This document shows, one piece after another, positions 35,664-49,300 of a DNA stretch of 64,000 nt; positions within the stretch are counted from its first letter, which is position 1, and each line of letters begins with the position of its first letter. The notes beneath the pieces are model-generated. The model was given only the letters and a program-made list of their open reading frames with translations. It searched no databases and was not told the origin of the DNA. This stretch comes from Emiliania huxleyi CCMP1516 (lineage: Eukaryota), in the NCBI RefSeq assembly GCF_000372725.1, contig NW_005201732.1:62001-126000 (forward strand), given 5' to 3'. The translations under genes were made by a program, and so were the position numbers.

Positions 35664-37064
35664 CTAGTACCTCACATTTGACACCGTACGTTGTGTGCGA
35701 GAGCACGCGGTGTCGTTCTGCAACGTGGCTCGCAGCTGTGGTGGCCAAAACTTGCTCGATCTGGCGGACGTGATGCGCGTTCGGATTGGAGCGCATCGTA
35801 GTTTCGGCGGCACGAAGTTGCTGACGTTGGTCCATCCTTGAGATGCGCCTTCTTGACCGATGGAGCGGTCCCTGTCGCCAAAGAGAGCGGCCACCTTTGC
35901 ACAGTCTGATTTGGTGAACTCGCCTGCAAAAGAGTCAGGGCCCAGAGTGTCATTGTTGCACTGCCGGGACATGCGGCTGCGAAACAACTCCAGACTTGAC
36001 CGCAGGGTGCGGGTCTTCCCTTCCAACTCTGGCTCGCAGCGACCGGCGTTGCCGAATGGTGCGGATCGCCTGCATTGCCGACTTAGGCGATGATACTCCC
36101 TCTTCGCAAACGTGCTGTGGACGGCTACCGCGTACGCGGGGAAGAAATTGCCAGCCACCTCCCAAACATAATACTCGTACTGCAGCCCCAGCGTGACATA
36201 TGCGACGTGCGCTGGGCGGGCCGCGTGAGCTAGCAGCCCAAACGTCACGTCTCCGTCCAAGCCAACGCAGCCTCCACGCCTGGGCCGGCCCGCCCATGCA
36301 CCCATATAATCTCTGTAGTCCTTGAAGAAGAGCTCCGTCGACTCTGCGTTGACAATGCGCGTCGCAAACGGTGTAGATAGTGTCACAAAGGCGCCTTGCG
36401 CCCACGGTGTGCTCTCACCTTGACATGCCTCTAGATCCCACACACCGTGTCGTGAGCACGCCTGCCGACTCCGCTCGTACGTGTCGGCGACATACCACGG
36501 TGTTGATCCACTGGGCAAGAAGGCTCTGGCAGTGAGGTTGAAGCCGGGGTGGTGATACATGCAACCGAGCACAGCTTCATGGTTCTTGGGAATCACCTGC
36601 TGCATCTCTCGCAAGAAGATGGCCACTCGATGCAGGTTGACGAGCATATCGTCGTCCATCCATCCCACAAACTTCGTGCACGGGACCAGCCTCGTCGCAA
36701 CGCGCAACCATTCAACAATCTGCGCGATGCAGGCAGTCTCTGGCGCATCTGCGAGAGAACCAGGGAGCGTCTCGTCTAGCAGGAAGATGTCACGCGCGTT
36801 ATTGGTCTCACTGTCCATCGCTTCGGCCGTTTCATTCCCACTTCGGCGGTGTGCCTCCCACACAACCCGTAGGCAGAAGAAGTGGAGGCTGACCCTCTCA
36901 GCCATGTCAGTGAAGAGCGGCACGCCTTGCTGGTAGAGCGAGCGCATGACTTGACGTAATCGCACCTCGGCGGGCTTCACCATCATGCCCAGCACAAGCA
37001 GCGGAGGCGGAGCAGCTCCATCGCAGCGGGGCAGTGAGGTGCTGAACAAATTGCGGGGCGCCAT
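35664..37064 (-). CDS. GT31-like galactosyltransferase, intronless
   Basis: FVGWMDDDMLVNL (DxD), PWAQGAFVTLS, DGDVTFG. Confidence 0.7.
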   Translation of the reverse strand: MAPRNLFSTSLPRCDGAAPPPLLVLGMMVKPAEVRLRQVMRSLYQQGVPLFTDMAERVSLHFFCLRVVWEAHRRSGNETAEAMDSETNNARDIFLLDETLPGSLADAPETACIAQIVEWLRVATRLVPCTKFVGWMDDDMLVNLHRVAIFLREMQQVIPKNHEAVLGCMYHHPGFNLTARAFLPSGSTPWYVADTYERSRQACSRHGVWDLEACQGESTPWAQGAFVTLSTPFATRIVNAESTELFFKDYRDYMGAWAGRPRRGGCVGLDGDVTFGLLAHAARPAHVAYVTLGLQYEYYVWEVAGNFFPAYAVAVHSTFAKREYHRLSRQCRRSAPFGNAGRCEPELEGKTRTLRSSLELFRSRMSRQCNNDTLGPDSFAGEFTKSDCAKVAALFGDRDRSIGQEGASQGWTNVSNFVPPKLRCAPIRTRITSARSSKFWPPQLRATLQNDTACSRTQRTVSNVRY

Positions 37065-37156
37065 TGCCGTGCAAAATTTCCTCTTTGCGTTTCGCTGGGC
37101 TTTGAACTTGCGCGTCACAGCGTCACAGGTCTTGGCTCTTGCTTATCTAGCATTAA

Positions 37157-37323
37157 CCCTGGTAGGTGGATTGTCCAAAATACGTCAGCCTCGCACGCCT
37201 AGAGCTAGGTCTGACACCCGACCGCCCCCCCCTCCCTAATATTAACCGGCGAGAGCACATTTTGGCCGGCTAATGTTAGGGAGGGGAGGGCGATTTTCGC
37301 GTAATTTTGTCCACCTACCAGGG
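37157..37323. mobile_element. piggyBac-like MITE (167 bp)
   Basis: TTAA|CCCTGGTAGGTGGA ... TCCACCTACCAGGG|TTAA. Confidence 0.85.
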
Positions 37324-38288
37324 TTAATAGGAAGGGCGTGCGGCAGTTGTGAACGCGATGCGCGCGCGCCTCGAATGATCGAATGACCTGGGTACCGAAT
37401 GCGCTCGTCGCTCGCCTCCGCGCCCGAGCGACGGGCGTGGGGCCTCAGCCTCAGACTGCACCCCAGGGCCCGAGCGAGCCTCACGGCTGCAACCCTCGCT
37501 CGGACTCTGCCCGTCACGAGCTAGCCGGCCGCGGCACTCCGAATGGCCCCATCCATGAATGACGTGGCGGAGGGTTAAATCTTTTGTGGAACCAGTTATG
37601 TCCGCTCTTGGGTCCCTACTTCCTCCTTCCTCTGTCCCCGTATCGCCTCCAGCAGTTTCGCTCTACCTGCCTGCTCTCGCTGAAAATGCATGCCCCCGAT
37701 GCGTCGCAGTTACAGCAGTGCTCTTGCGTTTCGGCGGTATCTAGATAGTGATCTGTCTGATCACCCAAATGCCACGTTCGGATCGCTCGCACACCCGCTC
37801 CAACCTCCCTCCACCGCCCCGTCTTAAGCTAGCAGCAAACCCGCACTGGACACCTCGGGATACTCGGCAACCCTTTTCCTGGCTCACAAGCTGAAGATGT
37901 TGACGGGCCCCCGCATGGGGAGCCCCGGGTACTCTTTAGCTGTACTCGTCTAGGCAGGGGTTGGATGGATACTTACTCGGGAAGATACTTACTGGCCAGT
38001 GTGGGACGCTAGTTTTGCGGTCGGTGCAGATTCTGCCATCGGCCGCCGGAGCGGTCATATGGGTTCTGGCCATCCCCGCCCGTCTGCCATCTGGGACGCC
38101 ACGGCCGGCGTCTTCCAGCAAAAGAAAGAAAGAAAGAAAACAGACAACCCAAGGGAGGGATGGGAGAACGGCACGCCGCCACCACACAGGGATTTTAACG
38201 TCTTCCAGCATCGGCCGATATTATGGGGAAAATTCTTTTATGGCTGCTGCTCTCCTCCACCCGGGCCCCGGGACAACTTCAGTTCGCG

Positions 38289-40476
38289 ATGCCAAAGAAG
38301 AAGGGTCGTGGGAGCGGGGGAAGCAAGGGCGGCAACGGCAGCCCAAGCCCGAAGGTGGGCTCGCCGACCGACGTGCGCGTCGAGGCAAATGAGGTGGCGG
38401 CCGCAGAGGCAGGGCTATCGCCCGATGAGCCTGTGACGAACGCGGAAGGCGACACCACGCCGGACGAGGTGACCGAAGACGACGCGGTAGCCAGGACAGA
38501 GGAGGAGGAGGAGGAGGCAGCGGCAAAGGCAGAAGAAGCGGCAGAGGCGGCGGCCAAGGCGGAGGCGGCGAGGGCGGCGGCGGAGCAGGCGGCGGCGGCC
38601 GAGGCGGCGAGGGTGGCGGCGGAGCAGGCGGCGGCCGCAGAGACGGCCCGCCTCAAGAAGCAGGCTGCTGCCGAGGCGGCTGCGGCCGAGGCGGAGCGAC
38701 TGTGCCTTGAGGAGGCCGCCCGAGCCGAGGCCGAGAAGGCGGCGCAGGAGGAGGCTGCAAGGGTGGCGGCTGAGGAGGCGGCGAAGGAGGCGGAGAGGGC
38801 GGCGAAGGAGGCGGAGAGGGCGGCGGAGGCGGAGGCTGCTGCGGCGGCGGCGGCGGAGGCTGCCGCGGCGGCAGAGGCGGAGGCTGCTGCGGCGGCGGCG
38901 GCGGAGGCTGCTGCGGCGGCAGAGGCGGAGGCTGCTGCGGCGGCGGCGGCGGAGGCTGCTGCGGCGGCAGAGGCGGAGGCTGCTGCGGCGGCGGCGGCGG
39001 AGGCTGCTGCAGCGGCAGAGGCGGAGGCGGCGGCGGCGGCGGAGGCGGAGGCTGCCGCGGCGGCGGAGGCGGAGGCTGCCGCGGCGGCGGAGGCGGAGGC
39101 TGCCGCGGCGGCGGAGGCGGAGGCTGCCGCGGCGGCGGAGGCGGAGGCTGCCGCGGCGGCGGAGGCGGAGGCGGAGGCGGTGGCGGAGCGTCTACGCCTG
39201 GAGGACGAGGCGCGCAAGCAAGCCGAAGCCGAGGCGGCGGCGGAGGCGGAGCGGGTGAGGCAGAAGGAGGAGGGGGCCCGTCTCGAGGCGGAAGAAGAGG
39301 CGGCGGCTGCGGCTGCGGCAGCGGCAGCGGCGGAGGCGGCAGTGGCGGAGGCGGCGGCGGCTGCGGCGGCGGCCTTTGAGGTGACAGTGGAGGTGCCGGC
39401 GTCGCTGCAGCCGCTGTACGGAGTGACGCTCACGATCTCGACATCGGCGAGCGAGACGGTGGCGGAGGTCAAGGCAAAGGTGGAGGCCATCACCGGCATG
39501 CGCGCGGCCGAGTTGGCGCTCTCTGTCTCCTCCCCGTTCGGCGAGACGCCCCTCGACGACGAGGGCGCGACGCTCGGCAGCGCGGGCGTCTCGAGCGGCG
39601 ACACGCTCACGCTGAGGCTGCTCCTTCCCGACGGCAGCTCGGGCACGGCAGCTGCTGCAGGTGCAGCGGTGGCGGCGGCCGGCGGCGAGGAGGCGGAGGC
39701 CCAGGCCCAGGTGGATGAGGGAGGGGTGGAGGACATCGATTTGTCCGAGCCACCGCCGGAGCCACAGCCGCGCGAGCCGTCGACCCCCGAGCCGCTCCCG
39801 CGGCCGCCGTCGCAGCTGGCGGAGGGAGAGGGCGCGGGCGAGATCGCGGGAAAGGGCGCGGAACAGATCGAGAGCCCGGCGCCGCGGCGCGCGTCGGCGC
39901 CGCTCGACGACGAGGCGGCGGTCGACGTGCTGATGCCGGACGTGCTGCCCGCGGCGGGGGAGGGGGTCGAGGCGCAGGATTGCGCCGGGCAGGATTGGGG
40001 CGGCGTGGCGGTGGACGGCATCAAGAGCGTGGACAAGGCGCACTTGTAGAGAGCCGACAGACGACGCTCCTCTCGGGAGCTCGTAGACCCCCCCCTCCCC
40101 CCTCCGCCACGCTCTCTGGGGTCCCGCAGCCGGAGTGCGAGTAGATCTCGCGCTCGCGCACTCTCTGACGGCCGCGCTCCCCTCGCTCGCGCACCAGGTG
40201 GTGGAGGCGACGGCGAGCGCCGTCTTGAGCGCGGCGGGCCAGGGTGTCGGCCTCCTGCGGACGGGGCTGACGTACGGAGCAACGGCCGCGGCGGAGGCGG
40301 CGGCCCTCGCGCAGCAGCTCGACTCGGCCTCGCTCTCGGAGTACGCCGCCGAGGTGCAGTCCGACGCGAAGAGCGTCGTGCAAGAGTGGATGGGCATGTT
40401 CGGGTGGGGCGGATCGGCCGCCGCGCCGCAGCCGGCGCCGGCGAGCACCGACCGAGCCGAGGCGGACGCGCAGTGA
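38289..40476 (+). CDS. Ala/Glu-rich coiled-coil protein with a ubiquitin-like domain
   Basis: Long EAAAA repeats, then ASETVAEVKAKVEAITG...LDDEGATLGSAGVSSGDTL (ubiquitin-like). Probable last exon to 40476. Confidence 0.7.
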
Positions 40477-41015
40477 GCTGGACGCGGCAGACCGACCCGA
40501 TCGTCCGATCGAGGCCGACACACGGTGCAGCGCGCGGGGCGGACACAGCACGCCAGAGCTCCACGACTCACTCAATATCAGAGAGCTCTGTCCATGGGTT
40601 GCGCGACACGGACAGGGGAGCGTGCAAAACTAAACAGCATGTGTGGCGGGGTCGCGGGGCCGCGCATCTTTTGGGGGGTAGGGTTTAATGTGTACAGTTA
40701 TACGCGTGCGAGGCTTGCGACCATGTGATGCTCACTAATCCTCCCCTCCCCCCTCAGCCCACTCTTGAGCTCACCGCCGGCGCGTGTCGCGTGAAGGCGT
40801 GTGTGTCGTGTGTGTCATGTAGGTCGGTGTGATCACGGTGTGTGCGCGCGTCTTGGCCTCTCTTCCTCTGTTCTCAGTTCCCCGTGTGTGCACAGGCCAC
40901 AGCCGCGCCATCCCACCTCCCGCGCGCGCCGCCTTGGCGCCCGAGCCTTGGCCTCGAGAGGCGGGGCGGCGGGAGCAGCCTCTTCGACTGCCGCCTCCGC
41001 CTCTCCGTCACCTCC

Positions 41016-44000
41016 TCATGAGCGCCGTCGCGGGCGCCGCCTCCCCTCGAGCGGCAGCTCCTTCGGCGCCGCCTCCGCCGCCACCGTGGCCTCCTCCTGC
41101 TCCTGCGGCGGCCCAGTCGTGCCGGTCTCACCCCCCTTGTTCTTCTTCTTCTTGCTCTTCTTGCCCTTGCAGCGCTCCTCCGCCTCGATCTCCGCCAGCA
41201 GCTCCTTCGCATGCCGCGCCGCCTCCACCTCCTTCGCCGCCAGCTCGGCCGCCGCCGCCGCCTCCTTCGCCGCCAGCTCGGCAGCCGCCGCCGCCTCCTT
41301 TACCGCCAGCTCGGCCGCCAGGTGCTCCTCAATGACGCTGACGCACGTAGCGGCGCCCCTCTCCTTGGCCACCTGCAAGGCGGTCTTATCGGCAAGGGCC
41401 CACTTCATTTTTGGATCAGCGCCCGCCCGCAGCAAGCAGCGTGCGACGCTGGCGTGGTCGTTCACGACAGCCATAAGCAGCGCGCCTGGTCCGCCGCGTT
41501 TGCTCGTCAGGTTGACCGATGCCCCGCGCTGCAGCAGCGACTCGACAAGCCGCAGCTGGCCGCATATGGCGGCAACCATTAGCAACGTGAGGCCGCCAGC
41601 AGCACGAGCATCGATGCGCCCGCCGGCGTCGAGCCACGCCATCACCCTCCCCTTGTCGCCGCAACCAGCAGCGTCGATAATGACTTCGAGCACGGCTTCT
41701 AGCATTGCCGCTCGCTCCGCAGCTGCCGCTTCGCTCGCCGCTCCGCCCTCGGCTGCAGCCTGCTCCTCGAGGCGGGCCTTCTCTGCGGCCGCCGCCTGCT
41801 TTGCCGCCACCCTCGCCGCCTCTGCCGCCGCCGCCTGCTCTGCCGCCGCCCTCGCCGCCTCCGTCTTGGCCTCCGCCTCTGCCTCTTCTTCTGCCTTTGC
41901 CGCTGCCTCCTCCTCCTCTGCCTTGGCTGCCGCCTCGGCCGCCTCAGCTGCAGCCGACACCTCCGACCTCGCCAGCTCCTCTGCCGCCCCGCGGCTCTCC
42001 TCCCCTTCGACTGCCGGCTCCGCCGCCGCTGTCACCCCAAGCGCCGCCACCTCCTTCGGCGACGTCTCCGCGGCCACTGCGGCCGTGGCCGCCTCCGCCG
42101 TCGCTCCCTTCTCCGCTCCCTCCTCCGACGCCTCGGCCGCCGTCGGCTCCTCCCCGACGCTGTGCCGAATCCTCTCCGTGTCGAGCTCTTTGAGAAGCCC
42201 AAGCGGCTCGGGCCCGACGGCAGCGGTCTCCGCAGTCGCGGCCTCCTGCGGCGGCCCAGCCGTGCCGCCCCCGCCGCCCTTCTTCTTCTTCTTCTTGCTC
42301 TTCTTGCCCTTGCAGCGCTCCGCCTCGACCTCCGCCAGCAGCTCCTTCGCATGCCGCGCCGCCTCCTTCTCCTTCGCCGCCAGATCGGCCGCCGCCGCCG
42401 CCGCCAGGTGCTCCTCAATGACGCTGACGCACGTGGCGGCGCCCCTCTCCTTGGCCAGCTGCAAGGCGGTATCGCCGTTCCACTTCTGCTCTGGATCAGC
42501 GCCCGCCCGCAACAGGCGGCGCGCGATACTGGCGTGGCCCATCATAACAGCAAACATGAGCGCGCCTCCGCCGTGTTTGCTCGTCAGGTTGACCGACGCG
42601 CCGCGCTGCAGCAGCGAGTCGACTATCCGCTGGCTCCCTGCGTACGCGGAAAGCATTAGCAGCGTGAAGCCGCCCGCAGCAAGAGCATCGAGGCACCCGC
42701 CGGCGTCGAGCCACGCCACCACCGCCTTCTTCTCGCCACGCTCAGCTGCAACTGCAATGGCGTCTGGCATCGCTGCTCGCTCAGCTGCGGCGGCCGCTTC
42801 GCCTGCCGCTTCCGCCGCCGCCGCCGATGCAGCAGCGGCCGCCGCCTGGCCCTCGGACCACGCCTGCTCCTCTGCCGACACACGGCTCTCCTCGGCGATT
42901 GCGGTGGCCTCAGCCTCCGCGCTTGCCGGAGCGGCCTCGGGTGTGGCGAGAGCGCGTGCGATGTGCGACTTGAAGACGCCCAGGACACGAGTGTGGCCTG
43001 CCCGCTTCGCCAGCTGCGGCGCCGTCATGCCTTCCGCGTTGCGCAGCGCAAAGGTCGCGCCGGCGGCAAGCAGCTGGCCGACGATGCCGGGGCAGTCTTG
43101 GCTGCTGGCGGCCAGCATCAGAGCGGTGCACCCGTTGCGGTCTTGGAGGTCGACGATAGCACCGCGCCGCAGCAACACCGCGACCAGGCGAGCGTGGCCC
43201 GTGCTAGCCGCGACCATCAGCAGCGACATTCCGTTGGCGCGGGGCGCGTCCACTGCCATGCCGCTGTCGCCGAGGAGCGTGAGCACCGTCGCGCAGTCGC
43301 CGGTGTACGCGGCCTGGAATAAGAGGTCGTTCTCGCGCACTGCCTGAGACAATAGCTCTGCTACCTCGGTCAGGCCACGCCACTCGGCCTCACGCAGCGA
43401 GGCGGCACCGTCCTCGCCGCTCGCCGCCGCCCCAGCGAGGATGAAGAGGCGAACGATGTCGGGTTGGTTGTACATGACGGCCGCCATCAAGGCTGTCTCA
43501 CCACTGCGGTTTCGTACTGCGACCGAGGCGCCGTGCCGCAGCAGGAAGCTCGCGATGGCTGCGTTGCGGCTCGCGGCCATGATGAGAAGCGTGGAGCTCA
43601 TCCCGTCGCTGTCGCGACCGCACTGCGATGTAGTCAAGACAGCGTTCACGTTCAAGCCGCCCTCGATCAGCGCCTCGACTGCGGACGGGCTTGCTCCTGC
43701 CCGTGTCGCCTGCCAGCCGGCATCGAAGATGTCGTCGTCGCTGGGGCTCGCAGCCAGAATCAAGCGAATGACTTCCGCCTCCTCGAACTTGTCGTAGTTC
43801 CTCACTGCCAGCGCGAGCGCGCCCGAGTCTTCGCTGTTCTGCAGGCTCACTGCTGCGCCGCGCTGGAGCAGGAGCTTCACCAGCTCGGGTGCGCCGCGGA
43901 TACAGGCCAGCATGAGCAGCGTGACGCGGTGCCAGGGCTTGCGGCCCTCCCCGGCATATGGCGTCATCCACATGTTCACGTCGACGCCGCGCTTAAGCCA

Positions 44001-45724
44001 CAAATCGACCGCCGTCTCCGCCTCGCCGTCCGCCTGTCCAGCGACACGCCAGACAAAGTCGATACTCACGATGCCCGCCTTCATGAAGGCGATCACCACG
44101 GGATCAGAAAGGTCGCGCCCAGAACCGGACACGGCGTCCTCGAGCGCCGACTCGATGTCCATGCGGAGAGGGGGCGGCGTCGCGGCCAGAAGCAGGCTCA
44201 CGATCTCGGATGAGCCGTTGCGCGCTGCTAGCGACAGCGCCGTCACGCCACTGCTGGCCCGGGCCGCAGCCGAGGCGCCGCTCCGAAGCAGCAGACGAAC
44301 GAGGTCGAGGTGGCCGTACTTGGAGGCCAGCATCAGCAGAGTGATGTTGTGGGTCCGTCCCGCGCAGGTCCACCGCTGGTCCGCGTTGCCGCCGTCGGCG
44401 ATCCACGCCTCGAGGCGGCCAGCGTCTCCTTTCTCGACTGCCGCCCACGGCGCCTCCCCGAGCGCCTTGCCCTCGCGCGTGGCCTCGAGCAGCGCCTCCG
44501 CCTCGCGAGCTGCCTCGTCCGCATCCTCCCCCTCGCCCTCCTCCCTTCCCTCCCCTTCTGCCGCCGCCGACGCCGCGGCTGCCGCCCGCGCGTACTTCTC
44601 GTCGTCCCGGGCCTTGCTCGCCTCCTGCCGCGCCTTCTTCTTCTCCTCCTTCTTCGCCTGCTTCTGCGCCTCGGACGCCTAAAAGGAAGGGGCTGATGAA
44701 TAAGGGGGGGGGGGTTGGGGGGCGGCGGCGACGGTGGCGGGGGTGTGGGCTGTGGTGTGGGCGGCGGAGGGAGGGGTGGCGGCGGCGACGGGGGAGGCAG
44801 AGCGGGTGGGGGTGGCGACGGCGGAGGAGGCGCTGGCGGAGGCGGCGAGGGAGAGGAGGAGGCGAGGGTGGGGGCGGCGTCGGAGGTGGAGAGGGGGGAG
44901 GCGGTGACGGTGGTGGGGGGTGGCGAGGGCGGAGGCGGAGCAGGGCATGCAGTAAGTGGGCGCGGGGAGTCTCGCCTTGTGATCAGCTTCGCGGTTCATG
45001 CGGGCGACGGCCGCCGCCTCCGCCTCACGCTCCTCACGTGCCCGCTCCTTCGCCGCCTTGCGCTCGGCACGCTTCGCCTCGGCCCCCTTCTCCACCTCAG
45101 CCGCCGCCGCCGCCGCCGCATCGACCGCCCGGCGCCGATCCTCCTCGGCCGCCTGCGCCGCTTCAAACGCGGCCCACTTCTCGGCCTCGGCCACCTGTGC
45201 CGCCTGGGCCTCGCGTGCCGCGCGTTCCTCCTCAGCCCTCTGCTTCTCGGCCGCGGCCAGCGCCGCCCCCGCAGCGCTTGCCTCCGCCGCACGTGCCTCC
45301 GCCGCCACCGCCGTCTCCGCCGCCTCCTTCGCGGCTGCCTTCGTGACTGCCGCCTCGCGCGCATCCGCCTCGTCGATGGCCTCGTCAAAGTCTTGGATGC
45401 TCTCGGCCGAAACCGCATCTTCAAGGGGCGGGAGCTCGTCGTCGGAGTCGGCGTCGATCTCGTCAATCTCGAGGTTGCCGATGACACGAATGCGAACCTG
45501 CGAATGAGGGGGGATGCGCTAAGTGCCGGCAACACGGGAATGCGGTGTGGAGGGCTGTGTGAAGGGCTGCAGCATAATGGTGTGTTTGCCTTGCCGCAGC
45601 ACGACTTGTCCTGTTTCGTGCCGGCGGACCCGGCCGCCTGCTCGTGACCGTCGTTCGAAGCGCCGTCTTCGCCACGCGCGGGGTGCCGCTTGCGCCCTTC
45701 GGAGGCCTCAAACTGAGGAGGCAT
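41016..45724 (-). CDS. Large ankyrin-repeat protein with a duplicated C-terminal module
   Basis: Many G.TAL..AA..G...V..LL..GA repeats. The ANK+KGKKSKKKK module occurs twice. 5' exons are approximate. Confidence 0.85.
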
Positions 45725-46392
45725 GCCGCTGCGGACACACATCCTCGCGGTGATGGCCTTCCACCCTCTCTCGCACGCCGCCAGAAAAAGAAATTCCGCG
45801 CGCACGTTAGCTTTTCTGTTTTCTTTCTTCCTTTCACACTAGGCACGGGACTGGCGCGCACTGGCACTGACACAGAAAAAAAATTGGGGGCAAAGCCTTC
45901 TAGAAGCCGCCAAAAGAAACAAAAACGGCTTCCCAGAACACGCCGCTTCGCCGGCCCGGCGGTGCCGGCGTGGATTTAGCAGGGCGTCGAAAGCGGAACT
46001 CCGCTATCTGCTCGAGCAGCATGTGATGTCCGCTGTGGGTGTGAGCAGAGGCGTGTGACGCTGTTGCGCGATATCAGGTAAGGCGTATCGCGTAAGCGCC
46101 CCGACCACGCTCCACGGACCAGCCCCCGCTCAAAGCCCCCCCAAAGCCGCGCATGCCCCCGGGCCCGGCCGGCGCCATCCTGGAGTTCCTGCATCCACCT
46201 CCCAGTCCCACCTCTGCCGCCTGCCCTCGCCCCTCCTCTACGCTCTAGCCAGCGGCACGGCAAACTTTTCAGGGCCTCGCTGCAAATTACCATTTCGATT
46301 TACACCGCCTCACCGGTCCGGAACGATGGTCCCTCGGTCTCGCGCAGAGACCAGAGTGCATTAGCCAACGCGAGGACGAAAGCTTGACTCTA

Positions 46393-49300
46393 CTAGCTGG
46401 TGGCCGGCGCAGTCGCCTCTGCCTTGCCCAGCTGCTCGAGCAGCCACGCGTAGTCAAAGGCGAGCTCGCGGAGGTAGCGGTAGCGGTCTGCGGCGGAGAA
46501 GTGGCCGGCGGCGAGGTCCATCTTGAGCAGCACGTCGTCGCCGTTGGCCACCTTGGCGCGCAAAACCTGGGCCCACTTTGTTGGCTCCCAATACGCCACG
46601 CGCGGGTCCTGCGCGCGAGCAAGTGCAGGGCGCGGTGAGAGGGGGGCGTTGGGCGGATCACCTCCTCGCGGACCAAGGGGAGGCGCGCACGTTGAGTCCA
46701 GAGACGATGAGCGTCTTTGGGTAGACGACGCCCTCGCGCACGTTGTCGATGGGCGAGTAGCTGCGCATGTACTCGTAGTACTTCTCCTCGTTCGGGTTGC
46801 CCCACTCCTCCCACTCCTCCGTCGTGAGCGGGATCGACGGGTCGCACATCGTCACCATCAGGTCGACGAACGGCACGCCCGCCACCGCGGCGCACCAGAG
46901 CTCGGGCGCCATGTTGACCACGTTGCCCACCAGCAAGCCGCCGGCGGAGCGGCCCTCGCACGAGAGCCGGCCCGGCTCGGCGATGCCCCGCTCGAGCAGC
47001 GCCTTGCCGCAGTCGACAAAGTCGGTGAAGGTGTTCCTGCTCGACGGGGGGGGAGGGGCGGTGAGGGGGCAACGGCGACCTCGCAGCACCGCACCGGAGC
47101 AAGAGTGGGAACAGGAAGGGGCGAGCCGCGCCTCTTCGCGAGGTACTTGCCCGCCGCCTCGTACCACCTGTGGTGGCCCATTTCGCCGCCGCCGCGGATG
47201 TGCGCGACGGCGTAGACGACTCCGCGGTCAACGAGGGCGAGGCGCGAGGCGGAGAAAGAGGGGTCCATGCAGATGCCTATCGGCCGTGCGTCACGCGGTG
47301 GCTGAGCCCGGTCTCGCGCGAGGCGGAGTCCACGCGCTGGTCGCAGGCGGACGCCGTAGCTGCCGTACCCGTAGAGGTGGCACGGAGCAGGCCGCCCCTC
47401 CTCGACGGCGTCGGAGCGCCAGAGCAGCGTCACGGGCACCGCCTCGCCGTCGCGCGCCGCCACCTCGATGCGGCGGGTCTGGTAGAGGGAGGGGTCGTAC
47501 CCCGGCACCGGCTGCTCCTTGAGCGTGGCGTGCGAGTAGCCCGCCCCCACGTCGTACTCGCGCAGCTGCCTGAAGGGGGGGGGGGGAGGGGAGCACACGC
47601 GTCAGAGCGCGCCGCCTCTCGCCGCACGCGCCCTCTCGCGGGGCTGCCGCGGCGACGTCATCGACGAGTACTCGACCCTCAGCCGGCCGGCCGCCTCGAA
47701 GAGCCGGTTGCTCCCCAGCTCCGCCGTGAAGCTCTCGTCCTCGAAGCCGAGCCGGTGCGCGCCCGCCGCGGCAACCCCCTCCCGCAACGCAACCACCCAC
47801 AGCTGCGTGAAGCCCTCCTCGCGGCCGCTCACCGCGAGGAAGCCGCCGAAGGCGCTCACCTGCAGGAAGGATCAGGGAGAGGTCCAGGAGAGGTCCGGGG
47901 GGCTTCCAGGAGAGAGCAGTGGAAGGCGCTCACCCCGTCGAGCGAGCGGGAGGCCGAGTGCGGGAGGACGGGCGCGCCATCGCCGCCGGCGACCGGCGTC
48001 CAGTTTGCCGGGTCGTCGATCGGAGCCGAGTAGAGCTGCCGGTTGACGAGGCCTGGTGAGGGGGGGGGAGGAGCAGCTCAGCGCCTCCCGCTTGCTCTGA
48101 GAGCGGAGCTGCGCGGCGGGCGAGGCCGTCGGCGTTCGAGGTGAGGAAGAGGGTGCGCGATGGAGAGTGCGAGTCGACGTCGTACCGCTCGCCAAACTTG
48201 CGCCGCCGGATGAGGGTCGGGTCGGCGGCGGGCGTGGCGGTCGGCACGAAGAGCATCTCGGTCGTCTCCTGCGAGGAGGGCACGCCGGAGATGACACGCG
48301 TCTGGGCGGTGTCTGGGCGGTGTCTGGGCGGTGTGTCGGAGGTGTGTCGGAGGTGTGTCGGAGGTGTGTCGGAGGTGTGTCGGAGGTGTGTCTCGGAGGT
48401 GTCTGGGAGGTGTGTATCGGAGGTGTCTGGGAGGTGTGTCTCGGAGGTGAGTCGGAGGCGTCTCTCCTTGGACTCGGACTCGATGAAGAGCAGCGAGGCG
48501 TCGCGCGAGGTCCAGCAGTCCACGTTGAAGAGCTCGTCCGGCTCCTACTCCGAGATGCAGCCGAGAGGTGGCCGAGATGTAGCCGGGAGATCGCCGAGAC
48601 GGTCCTCTGTTTGAAGAGCTCTCGGCGCCTCGAAGACACGCACGTCTTCCGCCTGCGCCGTGCCGATGACGTGCCTCCACACCTTCCGAGGGGCGGACTC
48701 GCTGGTGAGGCTCGAGGCGTGCTGCTGCGCTCGAGTCGTGGTTGACGCGGCAAGAAAGGTTGCCACGTACCTCAAAGGGCCGGTGCTGCGCGTCGAGCTT
48801 CACGTAGAAGAGCGTGCGCTCGTCCGCCCACGCGATGCTCCCTCCCGTCCCGCGGATCTCCTCCTCCATCTCCACGCCGCTGCCCAGCTCCTTGAGCCTC
48901 ACCGTGTACGTCTCGTACCCCGACCTACGGGGGCGGCGCGGAGGCGGCTCAGAGGCGGTTCAGAGACGTTCCCGCGGATCGTGTCCGTCTCATCCGCGGA
49001 CCCGTCCACTGCGTACGCGAGCAGCCGGCCAGACGGGCTCGTCTCCACCTAGTAATTAATAATGAAACCCTCAAGAGCTAGTGTGTGCAGCCTGCCGGAC
49101 GGGCTGTCTGCACCGCGTGCACGTCGCACTGGCTCGCGTCCCACCTACAGGCGCGCAGCAATGCCGGCATCAAAAGCGGTTGGGCAAGAAGACAGTGAGG
49201 GGCCAGGACAGGCCCACCCGCCCTCGTCCTTGAAGTACTGCAGGCTCGGCACCTCGTTCACGTCGAGAATCGTCTGCTCCTCGCCGGCGCTGCCGCGCGG

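Noticed and set aside
38279..43347. Very long antisense ORFs (761 aa and 848 aa) and similar Arg/Ala/Pro-rich ORFs throughout
   Set aside because: Shadows of GC-rich coding sequence on the opposite strand or frame, with no motifs.
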